Virus record (IMG/VR): IMGVR_UViG_3300043466_003163
Span: 24,590-88,589 of that record
Source of the DNA: a virus
DNA: 64,000 nucleotides
Reading direction: 5' to 3' (one strand)
Shown here piece by piece: positions 20,741 through 30,930 of the stretch. The notes under the pieces were generated by a model that made no database searches, was not told the DNA's origin, and saw nothing but the letters and a program-made list of their open reading frames with translations. Numbering within the stretch: the first letter of the stretch is position 1; each line of letters opens with the position of its first letter. The position numbers and the translations under genes were made by a program.

Positions 20741-22531
20741 TTATTTAATACCAAATAACCAATTATATTCTCCATTATTGTTATTGTCGTGAGGTTGTTT
20801 TGGGTGATAAGATGGTGTATTAACATAAAATGGATTAACATATCCTTCTTTCATCATAGGTTTTGACGGTGTAGTAGACATATTCACCCAACTCTCTAAC
20901 ATAGCCTTAGTTTGTTTTTCAACTTGTTCTAATTTTTTAAAAGATGTTTGTATTATAAAAATACACATCGCATATGCCATAATTATATCATCATGATATC
21001 CTTCCATATGATCTGGTCTACCATTTTTATATACAAATGTTCTTAACTCAGATATCATCCTTTGGGAACGTATTATAGTTTTATTTTCTCTAATATGTTC
21101 TTCTAATTCCGAAACCATTTGTAATCTGGTGTTACCCACATTAAACCCAGGAACTTTATCACCCTCTTTATATTTTGTTTTTGCATATTTCTCACTCAAT
21201 TTTCTACTTTTTGGGTCATCATAATGTAAAAATTTATAATCCATTTCCATTAATTTTAGTACCGTTGATACTCCCATACCACCAGTAATATCTATAACTG
21301 TATAGGCATTATACATATTACCGTACTTATATACTATTTCCGCCAATATATCAGGTGGTAGTTTATATTTAAATTCTGCAACTTGTTCTAAATTTTCAAA
21401 GTCTAATATTACTATTGTAGAACTATCTTTTCCATCACCTCTACTAACGTCTACACCCATAATATATTTATGACCAACTTCAGGTTCTTTCCAAATCCAC
21501 ATAGACTTTTCAATCTCTGACGCAAAATTAGGGTCAGTAACATAATTTTCTTCATGATATGTAATATATTCATCATCTATTACGTTACCTCCTGAACCAA
21601 TAAAAGATACATCTAATTCTTGTGCAATCTTTTTAGCATCACCCATATCTGCTGCCATCTCTTCATACCAAGGGGATAGAGGTTTCCAACCATCTTTTAT
21701 CATCACCTCATAGTATTCTATCGTAGATTCGTCAGTTTCATAAATTTTATCGAGATATTCCCACCTTAATCTAGTTCTGTCTAATGTTTTACAAAGTAAT
21801 TTTTCATCGTCACCTCTTTTCCAATATAAATTTCTATTATATCTTACATCTTGATACCACTTCATCTCAACAATGTTGAAATTGTTTTCTTTTTTCTTTG
21901 CCCCATCATACGTTTTATAATATAAAGGATCCATACCATTTGGTGTAGAAATTAAAGATATCTTACCACCCGTACCTAATGATGCTAAAGCCGCCCCAAA
22001 AACTTCTGAACCATTATCGATAAACGCCGCCTCGTCCATTACTAAGAATGTTGGTGTAAAACCCCTCAATGCATCTTTTGAAGTTGCTAAGGCTCTTATT
22101 TCACATCCATTTGATTTTAATTTTAAATGACCTTTAGAATTTATTTCTAAATAATCTGTGCCTTCATCTAACCCCCAAACCCAATAAGGAATTTGATCTA
22201 AGAAATCTTTAATTTTTTTAAGAAATTCTTGTGCTAATGTTTGTTTGTTGGCTAATATCAAAACTTTATGTGGATTATCAGGATCACCAAAAGCAGTTTT
22301 AACTGCAATATATGCGGCAGTTGTTGTAGATACACCCGCCTGTCGAGGTTTAGTAACTAAATTACGATTATACTTTTCATACGATTTAATAATTTCTTTT
22401 TGTTTATAAAATAACTTAAATGGTACATTACCTCCTTGAGTTAAATCGAATGTTTTTAAAAAAGTTTCTATCGCATAAATTGGATCACCTAAACATCGAG
22501 CATATGTCTTTAATTGTTCTGCTCTTTCCAT
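20741..22531 (-). CDS. Terminase large subunit (T4 gp17-like)
   Basis: KPRQAGVST, MDEAAFI, ISTPNG, GVDVSRGDGKDSS, HDDIIMA. Confidence 0.96.
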   Translation of the reverse strand: MERAEQLKTYARCLGDPIYAIETFLKTFDLTQGGNVPFKLFYKQKEIIKSYEKYNRNLVTKPRQAGVSTTTAAYIAVKTAFGDPDNPHKVLILANKQTLAQEFLKKIKDFLDQIPYWVWGLDEGTDYLEINSKGHLKLKSNGCEIRALATSKDALRGFTPTFLVMDEAAFIDNGSEVFGAALASLGTGGKISLISTPNGMDPLYYKTYDGAKKKENNFNIVEMKWYQDVRYNRNLYWKRGDDEKLLCKTLDRTRLRWEYLDKIYETDESTIEYYEVMIKDGWKPLSPWYEEMAADMGDAKKIAQELDVSFIGSGGNVIDDEYITYHEENYVTDPNFASEIEKSMWIWKEPEVGHKYIMGVDVSRGDGKDSSTIVILDFENLEQVAEFKYKLPPDILAEIVYKYGNMYNAYTVIDITGGMGVSTVLKLMEMDYKFLHYDDPKSRKLSEKYAKTKYKEGDKVPGFNVGNTRLQMVSELEEHIRENKTIIRSQRMISELRTFVYKNGRPDHMEGYHDDIIMAYAMCIFIIQTSFKKLEQVEKQTKAMLESWVNMSTTPSKPMMKEGYVNPFYVNTPSYHPKQPHDNNNNGEYNWLFGIK

Positions 22532-22561
22532 AATATTTTATTATATAAATATGGATATACT

Positions 22562-23416
22562 TTAAAAAGCAATTAAATTACCATTTTCCCACTCATCATA
22601 ATTTGGTCCAAATGTATATGTGACATTGTTACCTGACCCTATTTTTTGTATGATACCCGATTTATTTAAGGCACTCCAAAATGTAGCATGTTGTCCACCA
22701 CCTAACGATGAACCTATATATTTTAAAAATCCTGTTTTAGTTTTAATCTTTTCTGATGGATCTTTTAAATAATTAATTACATCTCTAACCATAGAATTTT
22801 CTTTTCTATTAAAAGTGAATCCTTTATCTTTTGGAATTAATAGTAAACCATTATCTTCCGCGTATTTTTTAACTACCTTAAAAGTCCTCTTTTTTAGAAA
22901 ACTTAATTTATCTGTGACAATTGATAGTTTTCTTACCGCATCTTTAGCTGGGTATTTATTAAACATTATGGGTATCACTCTATCTATTGAGGATTCTATT
23001 AAGTCAATTAAAAAATTATTGCGATAGGAATAAGGTAATTTTAATTTAAAGTCAACAAGTTTATAAAAATTATTTATAACATCTTCCTTATTTCTGACTA
23101 AATACATTGAGTAATCTTCAATTATATAGTCAAACATAGGGTATAAAAATTCATAATCCTTTAAATATGTGTTATAGAAATAGCCTGATTTAAATTTTTC
23201 TAAAAAAATATTATAAAGTTCTCTATCATTTTGTACGACATTTAAAATAGTATTAATATCCTTTTCATCATTAAGATAAAAAATTCTATGAAAAACGTCT
23301 AAAAACGCAGAGGGGTTAACCCAATTATTTGAGACTTTTTTAAAATGTTCTATTTCATCTCTATAATCTTCAGATAATAGTTTTTTATATTGACTTTCAG
23401 TAATGATTATTTTCAT
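22562..23416 (-). CDS. Leader-bearing hypothetical protein
   Basis: MKIIITESQYKKLLSE. Confidence 0.7.
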   Translation of the reverse strand: MKIIITESQYKKLLSEDYRDEIEHFKKVSNNWVNPSAFLDVFHRIFYLNDEKDINTILNVVQNDRELYNIFLEKFKSGYFYNTYLKDYEFLYPMFDYIIEDYSMYLVRNKEDVINNFYKLVDFKLKLPYSYRNNFLIDLIESSIDRVIPIMFNKYPAKDAVRKLSIVTDKLSFLKKRTFKVVKKYAEDNGLLLIPKDKGFTFNRKENSMVRDVINYLKDPSEKIKTKTGFLKYIGSSLGGGQHATFWSALNKSGIIQKIGSGNNVTYTFGPNYDEWENGNLIAF

Positions 23417-23419
23417 ACC

Positions 23420-24442
23420 TTATAAATTGCCTATTATGTAGTCATTTAAATGTTCTGACACTTTAGAACTATCAGGGTAAAAATAACTCATATCTCTAGT
23501 TTGTAATTTGTCATCTATACAATCTAAATATTCTGAAATCACATTTAAAAAATAACTTTCATATTCTTCTGGTAATTGACCTTTACATTCGACATATCTT
23601 TCAATGTAGTACATAAAAATTTTATCTACATTAAACTTTAATACTTGTTTTTTATTTTCAGTTTCTCCCCATTCACCTTCAGAACCTATTGTATCTACTA
23701 TTTGTTCTTTTAATTCAGAAAATAATTCATCTTCTGCTGCAGATTCATATGACCATCTATAATGATTTTCTAATTCATTTCTTAAATCGTAAAAAATATC
23801 ATCCTCATCAATTAGATTTAAAATAGTTTCGGTATCGTCAACCATCTCTTCTGTTAAAACATCGGTATCGTAACCTTCTGGTTCATATTCTAACTCTTTC
23901 CCAATAAAATCATTTTCCTTTATATAATTTTTTATATGTTCTATAGATTTTTCATCTAAATTATCTACAACATCATTTTCAAAATCCACATCAAACCAAC
24001 CATAGATTTCTGCCCAATCAGGTTCTAATATTCTTCTTACAAAATCTCTATCGTCAGACTCAAAAAATTCTGAAAAATCATGCCATTCATCACATATTAA
24101 ATATGGTGTTTCGCCCATCCATTCTATGTCATTAAAATGTTTTTCGTTCGCATATCTATCTTTATTAAGAAATTTTTCGACCCAACCCGACTCACTCAAT
24201 ATTTGATGTATATCTTCCGCATAAAACCATTTACCTAATTCACTGGTATCTATATAATCTAAAGGGTTCTCATCGTTATCTATAATATATTTAAATACCC
24301 CCTCAAATATATCTTTTTCACTAAAACTATTATCAGTAATATCTTTTATATTATTTATATGTTCTATATAATCATCACCAATTTCGTCAAAGTACGTTAC
24401 AATTAATTTATTTATTAATTTTTGTAATCTACTATCTTCCAT
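23420..24442 (-). CDS. Acidic hypothetical protein
   Basis: ATG at 24442 preferred; late motif at 24459-24465. Confidence 0.7.
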   Translation of the reverse strand: MEDSRLQKLINKLIVTYFDEIGDDYIEHINNIKDITDNSFSEKDIFEGVFKYIIDNDENPLDYIDTSELGKWFYAEDIHQILSESGWVEKFLNKDRYANEKHFNDIEWMGETPYLICDEWHDFSEFFESDDRDFVRRILEPDWAEIYGWFDVDFENDVVDNLDEKSIEHIKNYIKENDFIGKELEYEPEGYDTDVLTEEMVDDTETILNLIDEDDIFYDLRNELENHYRWSYESAAEDELFSELKEQIVDTIGSEGEWGETENKKQVLKFNVDKIFMYYIERYVECKGQLPEEYESYFLNVISEYLDCIDDKLQTRDMSYFYPDSSKVSEHLNDYIIGNL

Positions 24443-24482
24443 AATAAAATGTTTTTTAATAAATATATTACATAATATAAAA

Positions 24483-24503
24483 AATCCCACATTGAGTGGG
24501 ATT
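24483..24503 (-). terminator. Intrinsic terminator
   Basis: AATCCCAC-ATTGA-GTGGGATT hairpin. Confidence 0.65.
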
Positions 24504-24526
24504 AAATAATTTATTATAGGATGTTA

Positions 24527-25951
24527 TTACATAAATTTGTGTAATTTTTCTACTAATTCAAAATCACCTTTATCTAAAGCGTCATCTATTAATTTTTCTA
24601 TTTCACGTTTACTCATTTTAGAATAATCAACCTCTTCGTCTTCTTTTTCTTCAGTTTCAGGTTCATCACCTAAATGATTTAATATATCATCCATATCATC
24701 ATATCCTGTATCGTCAAACATATCAGATAAACTATCATTTTTATCTTGATTATGTAAATCTTTTAAGGTTTGAATTACTTCTTTACATTTTTGACTTCCC
24801 GATAAAATTTCTTTCATAAAATCATGAAATTGTTGTGCGGGTAGTTTAGTTAATTCTCTAAACAACCATTGTTTAATATCGTAATTTTCATTACCTACAC
24901 AATCTAAGAATTTTTCCCACATACCTGGTCCTAATCTCATACCCCAAATCTCCCCTTCATCTGTATCAGCCTTAGAGATTACTTCCTTTTGTTCATCAAA
25001 GTCCAAATGTCCGTCAGCCCAATTAATTGCGGATAATTCTAAAGTACCTTTAATTAATTCATGAACTAAAAGAGGGAAAATCCAAGCTTTAGCTACTACA
25101 ACTGGCATATCATCACCTTCTTCTAAGTTAATGTCTTCCATATCTTCTTCTTCATCTTTATTTTCTGGTTTTTCAGCCTTTCTCCATTCTATCTTTTCAA
25201 CACCACCAACTTGTCCAGTCATTATAGAATCAGGAATTATCCAGTATTGGAAATCTGCTAATGACATTAATTTACCATATAGAACCATTAATCTGGGATC
25301 CAATGCGTCTAATTCATCTGCCACCATATGAAATATATAATGTCCTTTTTTAGCTGCTCCTTGCATTAATGCATTTATAACTCTCCTTTTGTCAACCTCT
25401 AATTCTAATTCTTCCATTCTTTTAGCACTTTTAGGTTGTTTAGGTGTTTCAAAGTCAGAACCATAATCTTGATCGTCTTCCTCTTCTTCATCAGATTCAT
25501 GACTTAATTCTGAACCAGGAGGTGTTAAAGTAGCCTCTAACATTTGTTCAGGGATATCGAACTCTTCTGATACTATATCTACCGCCAATCTTTCTAATGC
25601 TTCTTTATGTCTAGTTTCTATTTGACTTATTTCACCCATTATTTGAAACATTAATTGCATCATATTAGGAGTTATGGTATTTATACCGTGATATCTTTTA
25701 ACTTTGTTAACAATTTCTTTAAATCTTTGTCCTGCTAATTTTTCAGAATAATTTTGTGTTCCAGAACCTGCGGGTATAGATTTACTACCACCAAAAATAT
25801 GTTCTCCACTTCTTAATTTACCTTCTAAACCTGGATGCATTCTTTCTGGATGTTCAGGATCATATTCTACGGCTTCACTTATTCTTTTAATTCTAACTTT
25901 TTCTGAAAGAACTCTCTTAGTTACTTCACTAATTATATTTTTTCTTTTCAT
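24527..25951 (-). CDS. Head-associated hypothetical protein with C-terminal IDEAL/UVR-like helix
   Basis: Leader with ISE/LSE sites; LVHELIKG; IDDALDKGDFE. Confidence 0.6.
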   Translation of the reverse strand: MKRKNIISEVTKRVLSEKVRIKRISEAVEYDPEHPERMHPGLEGKLRSGEHIFGGSKSIPAGSGTQNYSEKLAGQRFKEIVNKVKRYHGINTITPNMMQLMFQIMGEISQIETRHKEALERLAVDIVSEEFDIPEQMLEATLTPPGSELSHESDEEEEDDQDYGSDFETPKQPKSAKRMEELELEVDKRRVINALMQGAAKKGHYIFHMVADELDALDPRLMVLYGKLMSLADFQYWIIPDSIMTGQVGGVEKIEWRKAEKPENKDEEEDMEDINLEEGDDMPVVVAKAWIFPLLVHELIKGTLELSAINWADGHLDFDEQKEVISKADTDEGEIWGMRLGPGMWEKFLDCVGNENYDIKQWLFRELTKLPAQQFHDFMKEILSGSQKCKEVIQTLKDLHNQDKNDSLSDMFDDTGYDDMDDILNHLGDEPETEEKEDEEVDYSKMSKREIEKLIDDALDKGDFELVEKLHKFM

Positions 25952-25966
25952 AATTTATATATTTAA

Positions 25967-26644
25967 TTAATTTCTTTGATTTAATAAACTAACCCACATT
26001 TTAAAACATTCTTGACTTATTTTTTCAAAAACTCTTTGGACTATAGTTAACTCTAATTCCCCATTTGAATTTTCTATTCTTGTTATTGCAGCCCTTATTA
26101 AAATATCTCTAACTTTATTTTTATTCTCTAACAAATAGTTAATATTTTCTTTTTGTGATTCTAACGATTCAATTTCAGAATCATTCTCACCTTCTTCATT
26201 ATCATATTCTAAATCTTCTATTTCAGATTCTATAGACTCAATATCTTTACTCATACCATATAACCATCTATGTAAATCTTCTTTAGTCCAGTTAAGAATT
26301 ACATGACTACCAAACATATTAATAACCCCACTATCCCTTAAATTTTTAAAGTATTTGAATATTTCTCTTTTTTCTGGTGAAGGTATCTCACTTACATAAA
26401 AAACATCTTCTGTATTTTCTTTTATAGAAAGTTTTTTATTGATGTATTCGACTAAATCTTTTTTCTTCATTTTAGGGTTAACACTTTCTTCTTTTTTCTT
26501 TTTAGAGTGTTTAACGTCTTTACACATTTCAGTCGCCTTACTTTTAGATATTTCTCTTTCAGATTTAGGTGCATTCATTTGCCAACAAGCCCATCTTCTT
26601 TGTTTTTCAGTATATACTTCGTCTAAAATATCTATTTTTTTCAT
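25967..26644 (-). CDS. Hypothetical protein (DUF5049-like motif)
   Basis: LRDSGVINMFG. Confidence 0.5.
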   Translation of the reverse strand: MKKIDILDEVYTEKQRRWACWQMNAPKSEREISKSKATEMCKDVKHSKKKKEESVNPKMKKKDLVEYINKKLSIKENTEDVFYVSEIPSPEKREIFKYFKNLRDSGVINMFGSHVILNWTKEDLHRWLYGMSKDIESIESEIEDLEYDNEEGENDSEIESLESQKENINYLLENKNKVRDILIRAAITRIENSNGELELTIVQRVFEKISQECFKMWVSLLNQRN

Positions 26645-26907
26645 TTTAAACTTTTTTTAAATTGTTTCTTTTTTAAATTTTTAGATACAATTTTTTCTTC
26701 TTTATCTTCTTCATTAACAGTAACCGATTTAACTGTTCCTGTTTTTTCATCTTTTACACCATAAGTACCCTTTTCTAAAGTATCAAAAGCACTATTAAAT
26801 TCGTTTTGATCGTAAACTGTCATTTGTTCTGCCTCGTCAATGTATCTTTCCATAAGTTTTCTTCTGATAGCCCTTTTTATTTCCGACTCATAAATTCTAA
26901 TTTTCAT
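26641..26907 (-). CDS. Leader-bearing small protein
   Basis: MKIRIYESEIKRAIRRKLME. Confidence 0.65.
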   Translation of the reverse strand: MKIRIYESEIKRAIRRKLMERYIDEAEQMTVYDQNEFNSAFDTLEKGTYGVKDEKTGTVKSVTVNEEDKEEKIVSKNLKKKQFKKSLK

Positions 26908-26910
26908 AGT

Positions 26911-27309
26911 TTACGTATTTATTGTTTCTTTATCATATTTTATAATCATATCTTTTTCATATAGTTTATCTTCTACTGAAGAAATTGTTTCCCCAAAAGT
27001 AAAAAATAATCTTTTTTCTGGATATTCATCATACCCTTCCATATTTTCCCAACCCAATGCTATAATACCATCGACTGCATCCCACATTGCAAATGAATCA
27101 GATTCTTGTACTAAATCTAATTTAAGTGTTGTGTTTAAAGTACCTGATTTTTTTATGAATTTAGTTTCAGGTGGTTCTGGATTTCCAGAAGAAGGATATG
27201 AATCCCAACCATCACCGTCTATATCTTCTAAAATATCAGAAAAGAGGAACTCATAAATGTAGCTCCCCTCCCAGTTTTGTCCTATTTTATTAATATAAAC
27301 TAAATACAT
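26911..27309 (-). CDS. Hypothetical protein
   Basis: YEFLFS, DAVDGIIALGWE. Confidence 0.7.
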   Translation of the reverse strand: MYLVYINKIGQNWEGSYIYEFLFSDILEDIDGDGWDSYPSSGNPEPPETKFIKKSGTLNTTLKLDLVQESDSFAMWDAVDGIIALGWENMEGYDEYPEKRLFFTFGETISSVEDKLYEKDMIIKYDKETINT

Positions 27310-29090
27310 TATCTAAACATTCCTCTTCTTCTGTATGATGGACGAATTCTTTCTTCGTCACCTAATGCCTTAGGTTTTGGTTGAACTTTAGGTCTTTTTA
27401 TTCTATCCCAATCTGTTCCTGTACCTGGTTTAGTTCCTGGTCTTGTAGTAGTTCTTTCTCTTTCTTTAGTACCAGGTTCACTATTTCTTAAAAAATCAAT
27501 ATCTAAATCAATAAAATCATCACCTTTATTATCAGAAAAATCTAATACACCATCAGAATTATTATCTAAATCTAATCTATTTGGGATTCTATCAAAGTCT
27601 CTATCTAAATCTCCTGTTGGTAAATAACCTTGACCTAATTCCATTGCGTCTATAGTAGACATTTCATCTTCATCTATATATCTTCTTCTATCTCTTTTTC
27701 GACCTTCTTTTCTTAAAGCTGCAAAATCTGCTGAAGTTATTTTACCGTAAGGTTTAGCTCTATCTATTTTTTTTCTACCATCTTTAAACCCAGTATGTTT
27801 TTCTCTTAACATAGTATTCTCATTCAAACCACATTCCATACATAACCCTTCTCTCATTATTCCACCACATTCAGAACACATACCTCTACTACTTTCATTG
27901 ATACATGATTTACAACCAGCACCCATACATCTTTCACAAATATTTCTACCTTCTCTTAAAACTTTTTTAAGTGATTTTTTTGTAGTGTTTCTTAAAAAAG
28001 ATTCTAATAGTTGTTTTTTAGAAAAAATTTTACTTTCATTAGTTTCTTCTTTAGTTTCTTTTGTTTTATATACTAATTTATGTCCAGAGCATTCACACTC
28101 ACCTTTTTTCAGTAACATTGCAATCATATCAGGTGTTATCTCTAAAGATTTTTTTGTTTTATCTTCTACTTCAGATAATTCTACACCTTCTGGTTCTGCA
28201 GGTTCTTCTGTTTCTTCACCTTCTGGTTCTGCAGGTTCTTCTGTTTCTTCACCTTCTGGTTCTGCAGGTTCTTCTGTTTCTTCACCTTCTGTTTCTTCAC
28301 CCTCGATTTTTGCGATAATATCTTCTTTATCACTTTCATCCATATCATCTAAATGTAGAGCAGATATAATAGAATTAATTACATATTTTTCTAATTCTGG
28401 ATCAACTTCTTCTTTATCTCTTAACATTTGACCAATTTTACCAGTAAGTTTTTGTATTTTTTTAGTAGTTTCATCACTACCTTCTTCACCTTCTGTATCC
28501 GTATCTTCTTCATCACCAAAATCTACATCTGCAATATCACCACCCATATCAACATCAGGTTCTTCAGATTCAACGTCATCCTCAACAGGTTCTTCTGTTT
28601 TAGGTGCGTCTACTTTTATAACTTTCTTTTCATCTGATATGATTTGTTCTTTATCTTCTTTCTTCTCATCTTCATCTTCTAAAACAAAACCAAAACCCGC
28701 ACCTCCAGCAATTGCTCTACCATCAGATTCAAAAATATTAATATTACCTTTGATGCCATATGATTCATTTAACATATCAAATTTTATATTTAAATGTTTT
28801 AGTGCCTCCGCATAAGAACGATATCTTTCATCATATTTATTTTTTAAACCACCAATGTAGTTAAAATCTTCAGCTAAAAATTTACCTGATGGTTTATTAG
28901 AAGTTTTTATAAAATAATCATGATTTTCTCTAACAATACCATATACAATACCATTAGGTCCCCTTTTTATTAATTCTAATTCTGAAAATGATTTACTTTC
29001 ATTTAAAGTATTCATTTTACCCATAAGATCTAACATTCTATTTAATTTGTCTTGACCTTTTAATGTTTTTGGATTTACGTGTTTTCCCAT
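27309..29090 (-). CDS. Large low-complexity probable head-interior protein
   Basis: Multiple xNES sites, CxxC clusters, acidic repeats, DxDxD motifs, basic tail. Confidence 0.6.
   Translation of the reverse strand: MGKHVNPKTLKGQDKLNRMLDLMGKMNTLNESKSFSELELIKRGPNGIVYGIVRENHDYFIKTSNKPSGKFLAEDFNYIGGLKNKYDERYRSYAEALKHLNIKFDMLNESYGIKGNINIFESDGRAIAGGAGFGFVLEDEDEKKEDKEQIISDEKKVIKVDAPKTEEPVEDDVESEEPDVDMGGDIADVDFGDEEDTDTEGEEGSDETTKKIQKLTGKIGQMLRDKEEVDPELEKYVINSIISALHLDDMDESDKEDIIAKIEGEETEGEETEEPAEPEGEETEEPAEPEGEETEEPAEPEGVELSEVEDKTKKSLEITPDMIAMLLKKGECECSGHKLVYKTKETKEETNESKIFSKKQLLESFLRNTTKKSLKKVLREGRNICERCMGAGCKSCINESSRGMCSECGGIMREGLCMECGLNENTMLREKHTGFKDGRKKIDRAKPYGKITSADFAALRKEGRKRDRRRYIDEDEMSTIDAMELGQGYLPTGDLDRDFDRIPNRLDLDNNSDGVLDFSDNKGDDFIDLDIDFLRNSEPGTKERERTTTRPGTKPGTGTDWDRIKRPKVQPKPKALGDEERIRPSYRRRGMFR
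28184..28289. repeat. 33-bp tandem repeat x3 (EETEEPAEPEG)
   Basis: CACCTTCTGGTTCTGCAGGTTCTTCTGTTTCTT repeated. Confidence 0.9.
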
Positions 29091-29111
29091 TTTATTTGTT
29101 TTTTATTTATT

Positions 29112-29435
29112 TTATCCGTTAGTTGGTAATCCTGTTTTAATATTTACAAATTGATATTCTTCAGTTCCACCAGTTGAAGTTATTAATCCTGTTTGGAATA
29201 CACCTAATGGTTTAGGATTCCCTAAAAGTAAAAATCCTGAATTTAATGTAGTGGTTGGAGGTGCTTGTATTATATTATCTAATGTTTTTCCTGCCACACC
29301 AGTTACGGTAGCACCATTAATAGTATAAGATCCATTAGAATTAAAATATACTGCACTGTAAACATAGTTATCAAAATCAGCAGTTACATTAGTATGTATT
29401 ACTGAATATGTTCCAGTTAAATAAGTTGTTCCCAT
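29112..29435 (-). CDS. Small Thr/Gly-rich probable structural protein
   Basis: Composition; late motif at 29450-29456. Confidence 0.5.
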   Translation of the reverse strand: MGTTYLTGTYSVIHTNVTADFDNYVYSAVYFNSNGSYTINGATVTGVAGKTLDNIIQAPPTTTLNSGFLLLGNPKPLGVFQTGLITSTGGTEEYQFVNIKTGLPTNG

Positions 29436-29475
29436 ATATTATTTTATAAATAAATATTACGTTTTGATTAAAAAA

Positions 29476-30270
29476 TCACAATTTATAATTATTATATATT
29501 TTAGATTCTTTTAAAGTAAGTGATTTATCATACGCTTTGGTTTCTATATCACTTAACTTATCTAAATACATAGTTCTTCTTAATACTTTAAAAGATATAT
29601 TTTCAAAAGAATACTCACCTTCTCTATCTAATCCAGTTTGTCTCATTTTCTTTATTTTATCTTTTAAATTTTTAACCATTCTTATGGTTTTATCGTATTC
29701 ACCAGATTTATACATAAAATATATTTCTTCTATCGTATCTACTATACTGTTAACTTTTTGTTCTACTTTTTTACTATCTATTTCCTTTTTAGTGGAGTCA
29801 GGTTTTACTACCCATCCATCCCATAAAATAGAATAAACCCCACTAGAAACATGAGGTTCTTCAGTATCTTGCATATATAACTCTACATCATATCCTTTAA
29901 TAGTAATATCATGTTTTTCATTCCATAAGTTTTTCTTTGAATTAAAGTATTCTTTAACTAATTCTTCATTTTCATCAACATCATCAAAGTTAACTAAAAT
30001 ATGTAAATCTACATCGGAGAATTTTGACCAGTTAAAATTAGCCAAACTACCAGTTAAAATAATGTCTTGAATGTCTACCCAATCTATATTTAAAGTTTCA
30101 AAAAAATCATCTGCAATCATAAGAAGTCTTCTTCTTATTTCCGAATAAATATGTTGATCTTTATCGAATATTTTAGGGTTTAATGTTGATCTTACCTCAA
30201 AAGAAGATAAGTCAATATTTTCTTTTTTGATTATATCGTTTACTTCTTGTTCTGTAATTTTCTTAACCAT
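29476..30270 (-). CDS. Pol-beta superfamily nucleotidyltransferase
   Basis: LTGSLANFNWSKFSDVDLH (GS..DxD) plus VELY. Confidence 0.8.
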   Translation of the reverse strand: MVKKITEQEVNDIIKKENIDLSSFEVRSTLNPKIFDKDQHIYSEIRRRLLMIADDFFETLNIDWVDIQDIILTGSLANFNWSKFSDVDLHILVNFDDVDENEELVKEYFNSKKNLWNEKHDITIKGYDVELYMQDTEEPHVSSGVYSILWDGWVVKPDSTKKEIDSKKVEQKVNSIVDTIEEIYFMYKSGEYDKTIRMVKNLKDKIKKMRQTGLDREGEYSFENISFKVLRRTMYLDKLSDIETKAYDKSLTLKESKIYNNYKL

Positions 30271-30314
30271 AAAATTTTTATTATATAAATATAAGGATAA
30301 ATATATAAAAAATA

Positions 30315-30740
30315 AGAAACGGGCATTTTCTTATTAGTCGTTAAGGACTTGTTTTTTTGAAATTGTTTTTTTATTATCTAAATGTTCGAAGTACATATCG
30401 ATTAATTTATCTATTCGAGAATCAATATAACTTCTTGTTTGTCTTATTTCATGATGAATATCTTTTACATCATTTTCTAAATGTCTAAAAATATTATCAT
30501 GATATTCATCTACTTTTCTATAACAACCATCTATTCGATAGTTTATTGATTGTTCTGTTTGATTTAATTGAGTAATTAAATCGTTTTTTTCTTTCTTTAA
30601 CTTTTTTACCTGAAGCGTAAGCCATATCACAAGTACACCTAATAGCACACCTAAAACAGAACCTACACCTAAAGCGAATGAAATTGTTTCCATAATTTTT
30701 ATTTTTTATTTTATTTATTATTAATAAAACGCCCGTTTCT
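30315..30740. repeat. 15-bp inverted repeats flanking gene 30334..30693
   Basis: AGAAACGGGCATTTT (30315-30329) and AAAACGCCCGTTTCT (30726-30740), 14/15 complementary. Confidence 0.8.
30334..30693 (-). CDS. Single-pass membrane protein with coiled coil
   Basis: Hydrophobic residues ~4-27 followed by a basic coiled coil. Confidence 0.75.
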   Translation of the reverse strand: METISFALGVGSVLGVLLGVLVIWLTLQVKKLKKEKNDLITQLNQTEQSINYRIDGCYRKVDEYHDNIFRHLENDVKDIHHEIRQTRSYIDSRIDKLIDMYFEHLDNKKTISKKQVLND

Positions 30741-30741
30741 A

Positions 30742-30930
30742 TTAATTTGTGATGGTTATGATTTCATATCTCCATCCACTATCTGTATTAGTATTTAATA
30801 ATTTACATAATTTTGATACCTCATCAAAATTAACGGTTTCAAAAACTTCATTATCTGAATTTAATAAAATAACATGTAATTTTTTACCGTTTAAATTCAT
30901 AATTTTTTTAATCTGATAACTTTTATTCAT
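30742..30930 (-). CDS. Small hypothetical protein
   Basis: Coupled ORF. Confidence 0.6.
   Translation of the reverse strand: MNKSYQIKKIMNLNGKKLHVILLNSDNEVFETVNFDEVSKLCKLLNTNTDSGWRYEIITITN

Noticed and set aside
19002-28289. 18-bp and 33-bp tandem repeats as possible CRISPR arrays
   Set aside because: No unique spacers; they are in-frame coding repeats
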